A DNA stretch of 64,000 nucleotides, from positions 32,001 to 96,000 of IMG/VR virus record IMGVR_UViG_3300025636_000001. One strand, 5' to 3'. Shown piece by piece: positions 1-9,400 of this stretch. Position 1 is the first letter of the stretch. Every line of letters starts with the position of its first letter. The notes under the pieces were generated by a model. That model saw only the letters and a program-made list of their open reading frames with translations, made no database searches and was not told the origin of the DNA. Both the position numbers and the translations under genes were made by a program. Origin of the DNA: a virus.

Positions 1-168
1 ATTTCTTACTCTTGCTTTTAAATCATCTCTGTATTGCATACCATCACTATTTACTTGATCAAATTTTTCTTTTTCTTTTTGTGTTTTATATCTTGTAGAT
101 ATAAACTGCCATATGCCTGTAGATCCAGCAACTGTGATCAAAGTTAATATTATTTGAGTGATATCCAT
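1..168 (-). CDS. Partial membrane-anchored protein (holin-like candidate); missing from the ORF track and truncated by the window start
   Basis: Manual translation from ATG at 168: MDITQIILTLITVAGSTGIWQFISTRYKTQKEKEKFDQVNSDGMQYRDDLKARVRN..., open to the edge. N-terminal hydrophobic helix then a charged segment; promoter-like motif upstream at 231-249. Confidence 0.7.
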   Translation of the reverse strand, partial: MDITQIILTLITVAGSTGIWQFISTRYKTQKEKEKFDQVNSDGMQYRDDLKARVRN

Positions 169-230
169 TTTAAAATTTTTACATACATAAACAAAAAGAA
201 AACATACAAATTCTTATATTTGCATACTAT

Positions 231-249
231 CTATATATAATATACAAAA
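231..249 (-). promoter_or_regulatory. Putative phage promoter motif TTTTGTATATTATATATAG
   Basis: The same motif recurs intergenically, oriented with the downstream gene, at several other sites in the window. Confidence 0.6.
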
Positions 250-300
250 TTCTGAATGAATTTTGAAATTTTAAACTTATAATCTTTAAATTACTATAAA

Positions 301-492
301 ATGTCAAACGTAACTGAAAACACATTCAACCACAAAGTCAATTTTACATTGTTTCCATCAGAGCCTTTATTAGGTATTAACACAATTAACGCTCAAGTTA
401 AATGTGCTGATGAGCAATTTAGAAACGTGCTAAGTATTGAAGTGGGTTTATTTTTTTTTAAAATTAGTTATTCCAATATGATTTGGAAATAA
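301..492 (+). CDS. Small hypothetical protein (63 aa)
   Basis: ATG ORF with an A-rich leader; Bacteroidota-type TAnnTTTG (TATATTTG, 215-222) upstream; hydrophobic C-terminus. Confidence 0.5.
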   Translation: MSNVTENTFNHKVNFTLFPSEPLLGINTINAQVKCADEQFRNVLSIEVGLFFFKISYSNMIWK

Positions 493-499
493 TCTAATT

Positions 500-507
500 T
501 ACATTTG
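500..507 (+). promoter_or_regulatory. Possible Bacteroidota sigma70 -7 element (TACATTTG) upstream of nrdB
   Basis: Matches the TAnnTTTG consensus in intergenic DNA, but it is a short motif in AT-rich sequence. Confidence 0.35.
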
Positions 508-548
508 TAAGATACATCAATTTTTATTAAATTGATTATACACTAGAC

Positions 549-594
549 AGCTATACTGCCAGCTTAAATGAGCTGGTTTTATAGCTATTTTTTT
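549..594 (+). terminator. Hairpin plus T-run in the nrdB leader (terminator or attenuator)
   Basis: AGCTATA(549-555)..CCAGCTT-AAAT-GAGCTGG..TATAGCT(580-586), followed by T7 at 588-594. Confidence 0.45.
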
Positions 595-621
595 CTATAA
601 ACTATTATAAATTAACACATT

Positions 622-1602
622 ATGAGCAAAAATATTTTTATGCCTAGGGAAAACATAATGCCCTATGAATACCCGTCCTTACTTGATTATAAGGATGCTA
701 TAAGACACTCTTATTGGATAGATACAGAGTACAACTTTACAACTGATATTGATGACTTTAAAACTAAAGTTTCAGATGAAGAACGTGAAGTTATTAAAAA
801 AACAATGCTTGCTATTGCTCAAATTGAAGTTAATGTCAAAACCTTTTGGGCTGATCTTTACAAGAGAATGCCTATCACAGAAATTGGAGATGTTGGAATG
901 ACATTTGCAGAATCTGAAGTAAGACACAAAGATGCATACGCAAGACTTCTTAGAATTCTAGGATTAGAAGAAGAATTTAAAACGGTTGTTGAGATACCTG
1001 CTATTGCTGGAAGAATTAAGTACTTAAAAAAGTACTTAGATGGTTCACGTAGTAGAGATGATAAGATGTACACTAAATCAGTACTTCTATTTTCTTTGTT
1101 TATTGAACATGTAAGTTTGTTTAGTCAATTCTTAATTATGATGTCCTTCAACAAAGAAAGAAATTTATTTAAAGGTATTTCCAACGTAGTTGAAGCAACA
1201 TCTAAAGAAGAAGATATTCACGGTAACTTTGGTGCAGAACTTATCAATATCATTAAAGAAGAAAACCCAGATTGGTTTGATGAAGAATTTAATGATTTAA
1301 TTTATTCAGCATGTAAAAAAGCATATGATGCTGAGTGTAGCATATTAGATTGGATCTTTGAAAAAGGAGAACTTGAGTTTTTACCAAAGCAGACTATATA
1401 TCACTTTATAAAAAACAGGTTCAATAACTCTTTAGCTAAAATTGGAATGAATCCTATATTTGAAGTTGACACCAATTTATTAGAGTCAACAAAATGGTTT
1501 GAGGTAGAAATTACAGCAACCAAAGAAGGAGACTTCTTTTACAAAAAACAAATTGATTACAACAAAAAGTCCAAGGCAATAACCGAGGATGATTTATTTT
1601 AA
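622..1602 (+). CDS. nrdB: Ribonucleotide reductase class I beta subunit (class Id/NrdBi-like)
   Basis: Ferritin-like ligand motifs QIEVNVK, ESEVRHKDAY, IEHVSLF, EEDIHG; C-terminal EGDFF..Y; adjacent to nrdA. Confidence 0.95.
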   Translation: MSKNIFMPRENIMPYEYPSLLDYKDAIRHSYWIDTEYNFTTDIDDFKTKVSDEEREVIKKTMLAIAQIEVNVKTFWADLYKRMPITEIGDVGMTFAESEVRHKDAYARLLRILGLEEEFKTVVEIPAIAGRIKYLKKYLDGSRSRDDKMYTKSVLLFSLFIEHVSLFSQFLIMMSFNKERNLFKGISNVVEATSKEEDIHGNFGAELINIIKEENPDWFDEEFNDLIYSACKKAYDAECSILDWIFEKGELEFLPKQTIYHFIKNRFNNSLAKIGMNPIFEVDTNLLESTKWFEVEITATKEGDFFYKKQIDYNKKSKAITEDDLF

Positions 1603-1616
1603 TAAACCAACAAATT

Positions 1617-3242
1617 ATGGAATACAAAAAATATTATTGGCTTAATGATGATAGCCGTACTTTTTTATCAAGGGGTTATATTTCAGAAACTCCAGAACAA
1701 AGAATCAAAGATATTTCTATTAAAGCAGAAAAATATTTGAATATAAAAGGCTTTGCAGAAAAGTTTGAAAACTATATGGCTAAAGGATATTACTCTTTGT
1801 CAACACCAGTTTGGATTAACTTTGGTAAAGCAAAAGGTTTACCTATCAGTTGTTATGGATCTAACGTTGATGACAACTTAGATAGTATCTTAAATGCTGG
1901 CCGTGAAATTGGAATGATGTCTAAATACGGAGGAGGTACTTCTGTATACTTAGGTAACATTAGACCTAGAGGTACAAAGATAACAACAGGTGGAACTGCA
2001 GATGGTCCTGTGCATTACGCTAGAATCTATGATACTGTAGTAGATGTATGTAAACAATCTGAGGCTCGTAGAGGTGCATGTGCTGCTTGGTTACCTGTAG
2101 AGCATCCTGATGTTTTAGAATTTTTAGAAATAGGTGGAGAAGGTAATCCTATTCAAAATCTACAATTTGGTATTACAGTAACAGATAAGTGGATTGAAGA
2201 AATGAAAGAAGGGGATTCTGATAAACGTAAGATTTGGGCTAAGATTATTCAAAAAAGAAATGAGTTTGGATTTCCATATATTATGTTTAAAGATAATTCT
2301 AATAATAATTCACCATATAAAGAATTAGGTTTAGATATTACAGCATCTAATTTATGTTCTGAGATTCAATTACCAACTGATTCATTCAATTCATTTGTAT
2401 GTTGTTTAGGTTCAATCAACTTATTGCATTGGGATGAAATTGTTAAAACAGATGCTATTGAAACTTACACTTTATTCTTAAATGCTGTTATAGATGAATT
2501 TATTACAAAGTCTAAAACAATGCCAGGTATGAGCAGAGCATACAACTTTGCAAAAGATCATAGAGCTGTTGGTTTAGGTGTAATGGGATGGCACTCTTAT
2601 CTACAGTCTAAGCTGATTGAGTTTGAATCAATGGAAGCTAAATTCTTAAACACAAGTATATTTAAAACAATTAAAGATAGATCTGAGGTAGCGTCCAAAG
2701 AACTATGTGAAGTTTATGGTGTAGAGTCAATTAGAGAAGGTTATGCAAATACTACATTAGTAGCTATTGCACCCACTAAATCAAGTTCATTTATTCATGG
2801 TCAAGTTTCTATGGGTATTGAACCAATTAAATCTAATTACTTTATCAAGGATCTTGCTAAGTCAAAGACTATATATAAGAATTCATTCTTAGAGTGTGAA
2901 TTAGCTAAGTATGATATGAATACTCCTCAAGTATGGGAAGACATCTTGAAAAAAGATGGAAGTGTGCAACACTTAGACTTTCCAACAAAAGCTGTATTTA
3001 AATCATTCATTGAGATTAGCCCTAAAGAAATAATTATTCAAGCGGGTGCTAGACAAAAGTTTATTGATCAAGCACAGTCATTAAACTTAATGATTCATCC
3101 AACAGTGCCAGCAAAAGATATTAATCAATTGTATTTATTTGCACATGAATCAGGAGTTAAGACTTTATACTATCAATTTAGTATGAGTTCTGCTCAAGCA
3201 TTTTCAAGAAATATTCTTGAATGTGCTAGCTGTGAAGGATAA
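1617..3242 (+). CDS. nrdA: Ribonucleotide reductase class I alpha subunit, short form without ATP cone
   Basis: Motifs LPISC, GGGT, RRGA, SNLCSEI, APTKSSS, TLYY and C-terminal CASCEG. Confidence 0.95.
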   Translation: MEYKKYYWLNDDSRTFLSRGYISETPEQRIKDISIKAEKYLNIKGFAEKFENYMAKGYYSLSTPVWINFGKAKGLPISCYGSNVDDNLDSILNAGREIGMMSKYGGGTSVYLGNIRPRGTKITTGGTADGPVHYARIYDTVVDVCKQSEARRGACAAWLPVEHPDVLEFLEIGGEGNPIQNLQFGITVTDKWIEEMKEGDSDKRKIWAKIIQKRNEFGFPYIMFKDNSNNNSPYKELGLDITASNLCSEIQLPTDSFNSFVCCLGSINLLHWDEIVKTDAIETYTLFLNAVIDEFITKSKTMPGMSRAYNFAKDHRAVGLGVMGWHSYLQSKLIEFESMEAKFLNTSIFKTIKDRSEVASKELCEVYGVESIREGYANTTLVAIAPTKSSSFIHGQVSMGIEPIKSNYFIKDLAKSKTIYKNSFLECELAKYDMNTPQVWEDILKKDGSVQHLDFPTKAVFKSFIEISPKEIIIQAGARQKFIDQAQSLNLMIHPTVPAKDINQLYLFAHESGVKTLYYQFSMSSAQAFSRNILECASCEG

Positions 3243-3290
3243 AACTATCATTAAGACGTAAAAAGACTTTTAATGCTAGTTAAAACAAAC

Positions 3291-3329
3291 AAAGACCGGT
3301 CATATAATGTGGCTGGTCTTTCTTGTTTT
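3291..3329 (+). terminator. Intrinsic terminator after nrdA
   Basis: AAAGACCGGTCAT/GTGGCTGGTCTTT stem (with G-U pairs) followed by CTTGTTTT; a second imperfect hairpin lies at 3243-3281. Confidence 0.7.
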
Positions 3330-3342
3330 ACATTCTTAAAAG

Positions 3343-3359
3343 TTGTATATTATTATATA
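3343..3359 (+). promoter_or_regulatory. Putative phage promoter motif TTGTATATTATTATATA driving the two-component operon
   Basis: Same core TTGTATATTA as upstream of several structural genes; lies between the nrdA terminator and ATG 3389. Confidence 0.6.
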
Positions 3360-3388
3360 AATACTTATGTATATTTTAATATAATATT

Positions 3389-3589
3389 ATGAAAGAATTA
3401 CTTAATAGCATTACTGATACCCGTATGGTTTATCTTTTAATGTCAATTGTTTTATTGACAGGTTATTTTTTTCAATCATGGAGTGTAGTAATATTTGTAA
3501 CATTTATGTTAAACGTTGGTGTATGGACGGGGTTTTGTCCTAGCAAATGGTTCTTTGCTAAATGTGGTTTTAGAAAAGCTGATTTATAA
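3389..3589 (+). CDS. DUF2892/YgaP-like small membrane protein
   Basis: Two hydrophobic helices then TGFCP, the G-x-C-P hallmark of the family; stop overlaps the next ATG (TAATG). Confidence 0.7.
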   Translation: MKELLNSITDTRMVYLLMSIVLLTGYFFQSWSVVIFVTFMLNVGVWTGFCPSKWFFAKCGFRKADL

Positions 3590-4869
3590 TGAAAGCACTT
3601 TCAGGTTTATCAATTAACTCTAAAATATCTTTAGGAGTTGCTTTAGTTATCATGATGACATTCTTCATGGTGCAGACCTGTATTGTTTTTGGTTTATGTG
3701 AGCCTTCATTAGAATTAGCTAAATTTGGCTGGGGTTGTGTAGTGTTTTTCATGCCCCCTTTTTTTAAAGTTGTGCAAGAATTTGTCAGCAACATTAAAAG
3801 AAAAGAAGAAAATATAGATGTTTATTTAAATGCTATTGATAAATCTAATCTAGTTGTTATACTGAACATTGATGGTTATGTTTTAGAAGCAAATCAAAAC
3901 TTTTGCTCAGTAATGGGGTATCAAGAAAAAGATTTAAAAAATAAGCTTCACAAAAATTTAGTACCTAAAGAATATAATGAAAGTAAAGAATACTTTAACT
4001 TTTGGAAAACATTAAAAGAAGGTAAAAGTATAACTGGTGAATTTGAACGTATAGGGAAAAATGGAAAAAGTGTTTGGTTATTTGGTAATTATACCCCTAT
4101 TCAAAATAAAGCAGGTAAATATACTAGGGTCTTAAAAATAGCAACTGATATAACAACTCAACATGAGGCTGAGATAATAGTAAATCAAAAGAATACTTAT
4201 TTAGAATATGCAGCAAAAATCATACGTCATGATATGCACAGTGGTATCAATACTTACTTACCAAGAGGAATTAAGTCCCTTAACCGCAGACTTAGTCAAG
4301 AAAATATTAAAGATCTAAAAATAAGTGCTCCTTTAAAATTAATAAGTGATGGTTTAGATCATACACAAAAAGTTTATAAGGGTGTATACGAGTTTACAAA
4401 TCTTGTTAAAGAGAATGCACAGCTTACCACTGAACAAAATGATGTAACTGAAATACTAAAAGATTATCTAAGACTAACAGCTTACAAAAACAGCGTTATC
4501 TTATCTGATGACTTACCTAAAACATTGGAAATAAATAGAGCTTTATTTTGCACAGCTGTAGATAATTTTATTAGAAATGGATTAAAGTATAATGATAGTG
4601 GTACAAAATGGGTTAAGATTTATCTTGAATCAAAAATTATAAATAGCAAAACAAAAAACTTTATTGTTATTGAAGATAATGGTAGAGGTATTACAGGTGA
4701 AGAATTTACAAAATTATCAAAACCATACATACGTAAAGAAGATCAAAGTGAAACTGGAACTGGATTAGGATTAAATATTTCTATTGCAATTTTAGAAGAG
4801 CATGGGTTTAAAGTTCACGCAGAAAAAAAACAAAAAGATAACGGTACAAAAATATATATAAGGTTATGA
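3589..4869 (+). CDS. Membrane-bound PAS/PAC sensor histidine kinase
   Basis: Two N-terminal TM helices; PAS/PAC (ANQNFCSVMGY..FWKTL..GEFER..WLFGNYTPI..IATDIT); H-box IRHDM (H214); N-box DNFIRNGLKYN; G1 IEDNGRGI; G2 GTGLGL. Confidence 0.92.
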   Translation: MKALSGLSINSKISLGVALVIMMTFFMVQTCIVFGLCEPSLELAKFGWGCVVFFMPPFFKVVQEFVSNIKRKEENIDVYLNAIDKSNLVVILNIDGYVLEANQNFCSVMGYQEKDLKNKLHKNLVPKEYNESKEYFNFWKTLKEGKSITGEFERIGKNGKSVWLFGNYTPIQNKAGKYTRVLKIATDITTQHEAEIIVNQKNTYLEYAAKIIRHDMHSGINTYLPRGIKSLNRRLSQENIKDLKISAPLKLISDGLDHTQKVYKGVYEFTNLVKENAQLTTEQNDVTEILKDYLRLTAYKNSVILSDDLPKTLEINRALFCTAVDNFIRNGLKYNDSGTKWVKIYLESKIINSKTKNFIVIEDNGRGITGEEFTKLSKPYIRKEDQSETGTGLGLNISIAILEEHGFKVHAEKKQKDNGTKIYIRL

Positions 4870-5300
4870 TAAATACATTGATGTTGATTGATGATGAGAA
4901 TCTCTTTCATTTAGTGTTTGAAGATGCATGTTCAATGCTAGATATAGCATTATCAATACAATCACTAGACAGTAGTGATGAAGCAGATAAAATGTTTAAA
5001 AGTTGGTTTCCAGATAATGATGAGGAAAAACCTGAGTGTGTCTTTGTGGATCTAAATATCATTGGTTCTAGCTTTGATGGCATAGAAATGATTAGGAAAA
5101 TAAATCAGGATTATGGTAATGGTTGTGTTATTGGAATTATTTCTAGTAGTTCAGATCAAGAAGAAATTGAGAAAGCCAAAGCAGTAGGTGCTCAGTTTTG
5201 GATTATTAAGTCTGATGACATTGAACCAAGACTGGAAGAATTTCATAAAGATTATGAAGGGTATGTTAGTAAAACAAATCCTTTCAAAGTATACAGATGA
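4866..5300 (+). CDS. Single-domain (CheY-like) response regulator
   Basis: LIDDE acidic pocket, VFVDLN (D62 phosphoacceptor), ISSS, FWIIK; no output domain; ATGA overlap with the kinase. Confidence 0.92.
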   Translation: MINTLMLIDDENLFHLVFEDACSMLDIALSIQSLDSSDEADKMFKSWFPDNDEEKPECVFVDLNIIGSSFDGIEMIRKINQDYGNGCVIGIISSSSDQEEIEKAKAVGAQFWIIKSDDIEPRLEEFHKDYEGYVSKTNPFKVYR

Positions 5301-5869
5301 TAAGCTCTAAACATACAATCAAAGAAGCTTTAGAAATAGCTAAAAATAAAAAAGTTTACATAGAAGGAAACTTTACAAAGCTATTAAATGAAACTTCTGA
5401 TAAAGAAGTTAAAAGCTACATTGATTTATGTAAAGAAAAAGATTTACAGAACAGAAAGAAAAGATTACAAATAACTAAACAAGTTCAAAAGCAAAATAAA
5501 GATCTTGAGTCAGCAGCTAAAGAAAATGAAAAACTTGTTGTTGATTTGAAAAAGGCTTTAAAAGAAACTGAATCAGCAAAAAAAACTGCTGAGGATAGTA
5601 TGGATAAAGCTTTACAGGATCTAGAGGTTGTTCAAAAGAAAAGTCAATTTGAACTTATTGGTACTATTGTAAGAGTTGCTTTATGGGTTATAGGTGGTGT
5701 TGGTATACTAACAACCTTGATGTATGCAGTAGCTTTAATGAATGATGTAGATACTCAGATAATCGGTAGTACCTGGTCTAATATGTTTGGTATACTCCTA
5801 ACTAATGCTTTCTCTATTGTAGGGACCATTATGGGTGTAAAGTATGCCACAGATAATACAAAGGAATAA
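5297..5869 (+). CDS. Coiled-coil protein with two C-terminal TM helices (holin/effector candidate)
   Basis: About 115 aa of charged helical sequence, then IVRVALWVIGGVGILTTLMYAVAL and MFGILLTNAFSIVGTIMGV; ATGA overlap. Confidence 0.75.
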   Translation: MISSKHTIKEALEIAKNKKVYIEGNFTKLLNETSDKEVKSYIDLCKEKDLQNRKKRLQITKQVQKQNKDLESAAKENEKLVVDLKKALKETESAKKTAEDSMDKALQDLEVVQKKSQFELIGTIVRVALWVIGGVGILTTLMYAVALMNDVDTQIIGSTWSNMFGILLTNAFSIVGTIMGVKYATDNTKE

Positions 5870-6453
5870 TGAAAAAGTATTTTAAGAATTTACAGACACT
5901 GCTTATAGTAGTTCTGGTTGTAGTTATATTACTAATGAGAAGTTGTTCTGGTAAGTCAGAACCTGTTGAACCTGTTATTATAACAAACGTTGAAGTCAAG
6001 TATGACACCATCACTGAATATGTACCTGAGTACATCCCTAAGCTTATCACAAAAGTGGAGTATGTACATGACACAGTAGTTAGAACACAACCTATTGATA
6101 CAGTAGCAATACTTAAAGATTATTTTGCTACATATGTATATGAAGATCGTCAAAAGTTAGATAGTCTAAACATAACTATCAAAGACTCGGTAACTCAAAA
6201 CAAAATTATATCAAGGTCTATAGCTTATGATCTTATATATCCCACTACTACTATTACAAAAGAAATCTACTTAAACAATAGAGAGTTTTATTATGGTCTA
6301 AACCTTAACGGTAAATCAGATCAACTAAACTACTTAGGTGGAAGTCTTTTATATAGAACTAAAAGCAAGCAAATATATAGTATTGGTTTAGGTGTTAATC
6401 AAAACATGGAACCTGTTATATCAGCCGGATTATACTGGAAAATAGGAAAATAA
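5869..6453 (+). CDS. Envelope protein, spanin-like candidate
   Basis: N-terminal basic plus hydrophobic anchor ending in MRSC; extended (Y/V)DT(I/V) stalk; C-terminal amphipathic beta-strands ending SAGLYWKIGK; TAATG overlap. Confidence 0.6.
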   Translation: MKKYFKNLQTLLIVVLVVVILLMRSCSGKSEPVEPVIITNVEVKYDTITEYVPEYIPKLITKVEYVHDTVVRTQPIDTVAILKDYFATYVYEDRQKLDSLNITIKDSVTQNKIISRSIAYDLIYPTTTITKEIYLNNREFYYGLNLNGKSDQLNYLGGSLLYRTKSKQIYSIGLGVNQNMEPVISAGLYWKIGK

Positions 6454-6484
6454 AAAAGGAAGACTTTTACATCTCCCTCTTTAG
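6452..6484. terminator. Terminator between the convergent blocks
   Basis: On the - strand AGGGAGA-TGTAAAAG-TCTTCCT followed by a T-run; lies between the stops at 6453 and 6485. Confidence 0.6.
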
Positions 6485-9400
6485 TTATTTTATAAAGAAA
6501 TTATTTAGCTGAATGTAATCTTGCCACTTCTTAATTGTATAGAGAATTGGTACTATATCCATAAATTCTTTACCTACTTTTAATTTACCGGCTCTTCTAC
6601 CTCTCTGATAGTATACGTCTTTATTATAATACCAGTCATCTTCATTACCTGTGACCATGTATTTAATACCGCTTGTTCCATAATCCCAAGATGCATCTAT
6701 AAGCCCTCCCATTTCACCAAGAGTTCTTGTTATAGCAAAGGGGCTATCAAAGAATTCAACAGTTTGTGTTAAACCACTAGAACTAGGTACAAATATTAAT
6801 AATTCTTTTTTAGTTCTATCTGCTTGATAGCGTGCAATATTTTTAAGCTTCTTTACAAAATCACTATCATCATCATCACTTAATAGTATTGAATCAAATA
6901 GATTAATTATTAAAAATGTTAAACCAATTGTAGCTAACTCACCATTAAATCTATGAACATTTAATATTTTGTTTTCTATTCTTTGTCTTTCAGATTCACT
7001 TATTTCTTTATCATTATTTAACCTTGCTATACTGTCTATGTAACCTTGAACAGTCATACCTTTATTAAGATCCCCTTTAAGTTTACCTAGACCAGCTTCA
7101 CTCATGTACTTTACAAATGACCACCAAGATCTAATCCTACCTTCCATCCAACCTAAGTTTTCATCAAAATATTCCCTTTGATATCTCGCTCTTATTGCTG
7201 GAGCAACCCACTTATGAAATTGAAATAATAATTTACCAACATAAAGTTGTTGTAAAACAACCTTATCTTCAGCAGCATAGTTACCATGAATTTGTTTATT
7301 TACTTCACGTATTTTCATACGCAGATCATATCTAAACTTATCATTGTATTCACCAACCTCATCATAAAGCATATTACCTTGCTCATCTTTTTTAATGTTG
7401 TTACCTTTTAGAGCTTGCTTAAATGTTGGAATTTCTTTTTTAGGTTTTATTATTGTTGTAAATCCTTCTTTTAATTCTAATTTTTGATCTCCACTAAATT
7501 CAAATGCATCATATAAACTTAAGATTTCACCAGTGTCTTTGTTTAATATATAGGTGTCCATTACTATTGCCATACCTATTTTAGTTTGAACATTATATTC
7601 AGCTGCATCCTGTAACAAATATCCAAACTCTTTAAATCGGTCATAATAACTTTTACCTGTTCTATCAGTAACACCACCAGATTCCCTTAAATCTCCTTTA
7701 TTATCCATCATTCTAAAGAGATCAACAAAACCTTCAAACTTACTTGTTGGTTCATATGGATCATACCTACCGCTACTTCTAACAGCAGTAACATCATGGG
7801 CTGTTCTTCTAATAAAATCTGGAATAGCTCTGGTATTAAATTCTTTACTTGCTCTTATATAAGCATCTCTTGCAAAGAATCTTTGACCCATTACTTCAAT
7901 ACCATTATTAACCCTTGCAATAACGTAGTTATTAAAGTTACCAAAAACGTTAAATGCAACATAACTTAAAGAAGTCCATCCTAAAACGCCATCAATGATT
8001 TTTTCAAATTGATTTTTAGTCATATCATCTGAATCATAGAATACCATTTCCATGAATTTTTTTGCAGCCTCTTTAGTATTACGTGCTTTTTGATCAGCAG
8101 GTGTATCATCAACACTACGACCACCTGTTAATTTTTTAGCTTTTCTTGCAACTTTCTTAACTGTTGTAACTCTTTTACTATATTCTCTTTTATTAATTAC
8201 TTCTTGAAAAGCCAACATTGTTTCTTCAACACCACTCATGACTTCATAGTTTTCAGCCATTGCAGCGTATTTCATTATAGCTTCCGTCAAATCATAACTT
8301 AACTCTTCTGCTGCAGGTTTAGACCTTACGGCAACCAGTTCAGATTCCAGTTTTTGTAATTTTTTTAAATAGCTTTGAGAAGTTGCAGCTGTTGAATTAC
8401 CATATTGATTTTTAAGCTCAGCTATTTTATTTTCAATAGCTTCAACATCTTCAGCTTGTCTAAGATTTCCAGTATACATTATTGGTATACCATCAACCAT
8501 TTCACCCTTTTCATTTACATTAACCTTTGTAAGTCTTGTTGTTGTAGAAAAGAATTCTTTAGTATTAGTTTTAGTTGCTGCCCAAAGAGCTTTAGCACCT
8601 GTAGGTTTATTTTTAGCATAACTTGAGAAATTACCACGGACTCTTGGTGATTTACCATACATGTAACTACCAACACCATCAGGTAACTTATCATTAAGAT
8701 CTTTCCACAATGCAGTATAAGCTATATAATAAGCTTTTCTAGCTGACGCTAATGCATCAGTTTGTGGAGCATCCATTATAGCTCTATACTTATCACTAGT
8801 CATAATCTGACCTGACTTAGATGTTTCTAAAATTTCTACATATTCTTTTTTAGGAAAAACACCTTCTTTCTCTACAACCTTTCCTGTAAATACACCATCT
8901 TTCATTATAGCTTGGTTGTACTTAACTACATTATAATATTTATTATAGTACATCTCTTGTTCTTTCCCTTTAGAACCATTGTATACCCAGCGTCCATTAT
9001 CTAGTTGTATTTCATTTTTATTTCTTGCATTTATAAACTCAGAATTATATGTATGATATTCACCAGTTTCAGTTGTACCATCATCATTTACAACTTCAGC
9101 TTGCATAAACTTTCTATACTCTTGTTTCTTTCTATATAACTCTTGATTAAAAGCAATATCTTCAGGTTTAGCTTTTGATATATCACCAATAGGTCTATAC
9201 ATAATCATCTCACCGTTAGAGTCACGTAGTGATTTATATAAAGCATTAAACTTATCATAGTATTGAGGACCTATTTTTTTAACTAGCTCCCCTGTATGTA
9301 CACCATTTTCATCAAGTTCAATCATGAACTCATAAATTTCTTTAGCATTTTTACCTGGAGATAATTTAGCTAACCTTGATGCATACAAAACAAAAGACTT

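Noticed and set aside
451-459. T9 tract as a phase-variation or frameshift site
   Set aside because: It is in frame (FFF) in a small ORF, and homopolymers are common in this AT-rich DNA.
3589-5300. Two-component genes as host contamination or a prophage boundary
   Set aside because: Base composition looks the same as the flanks, the genes overlap phage-like neighbours, and the operon is preceded by the motif shared with virion genes.
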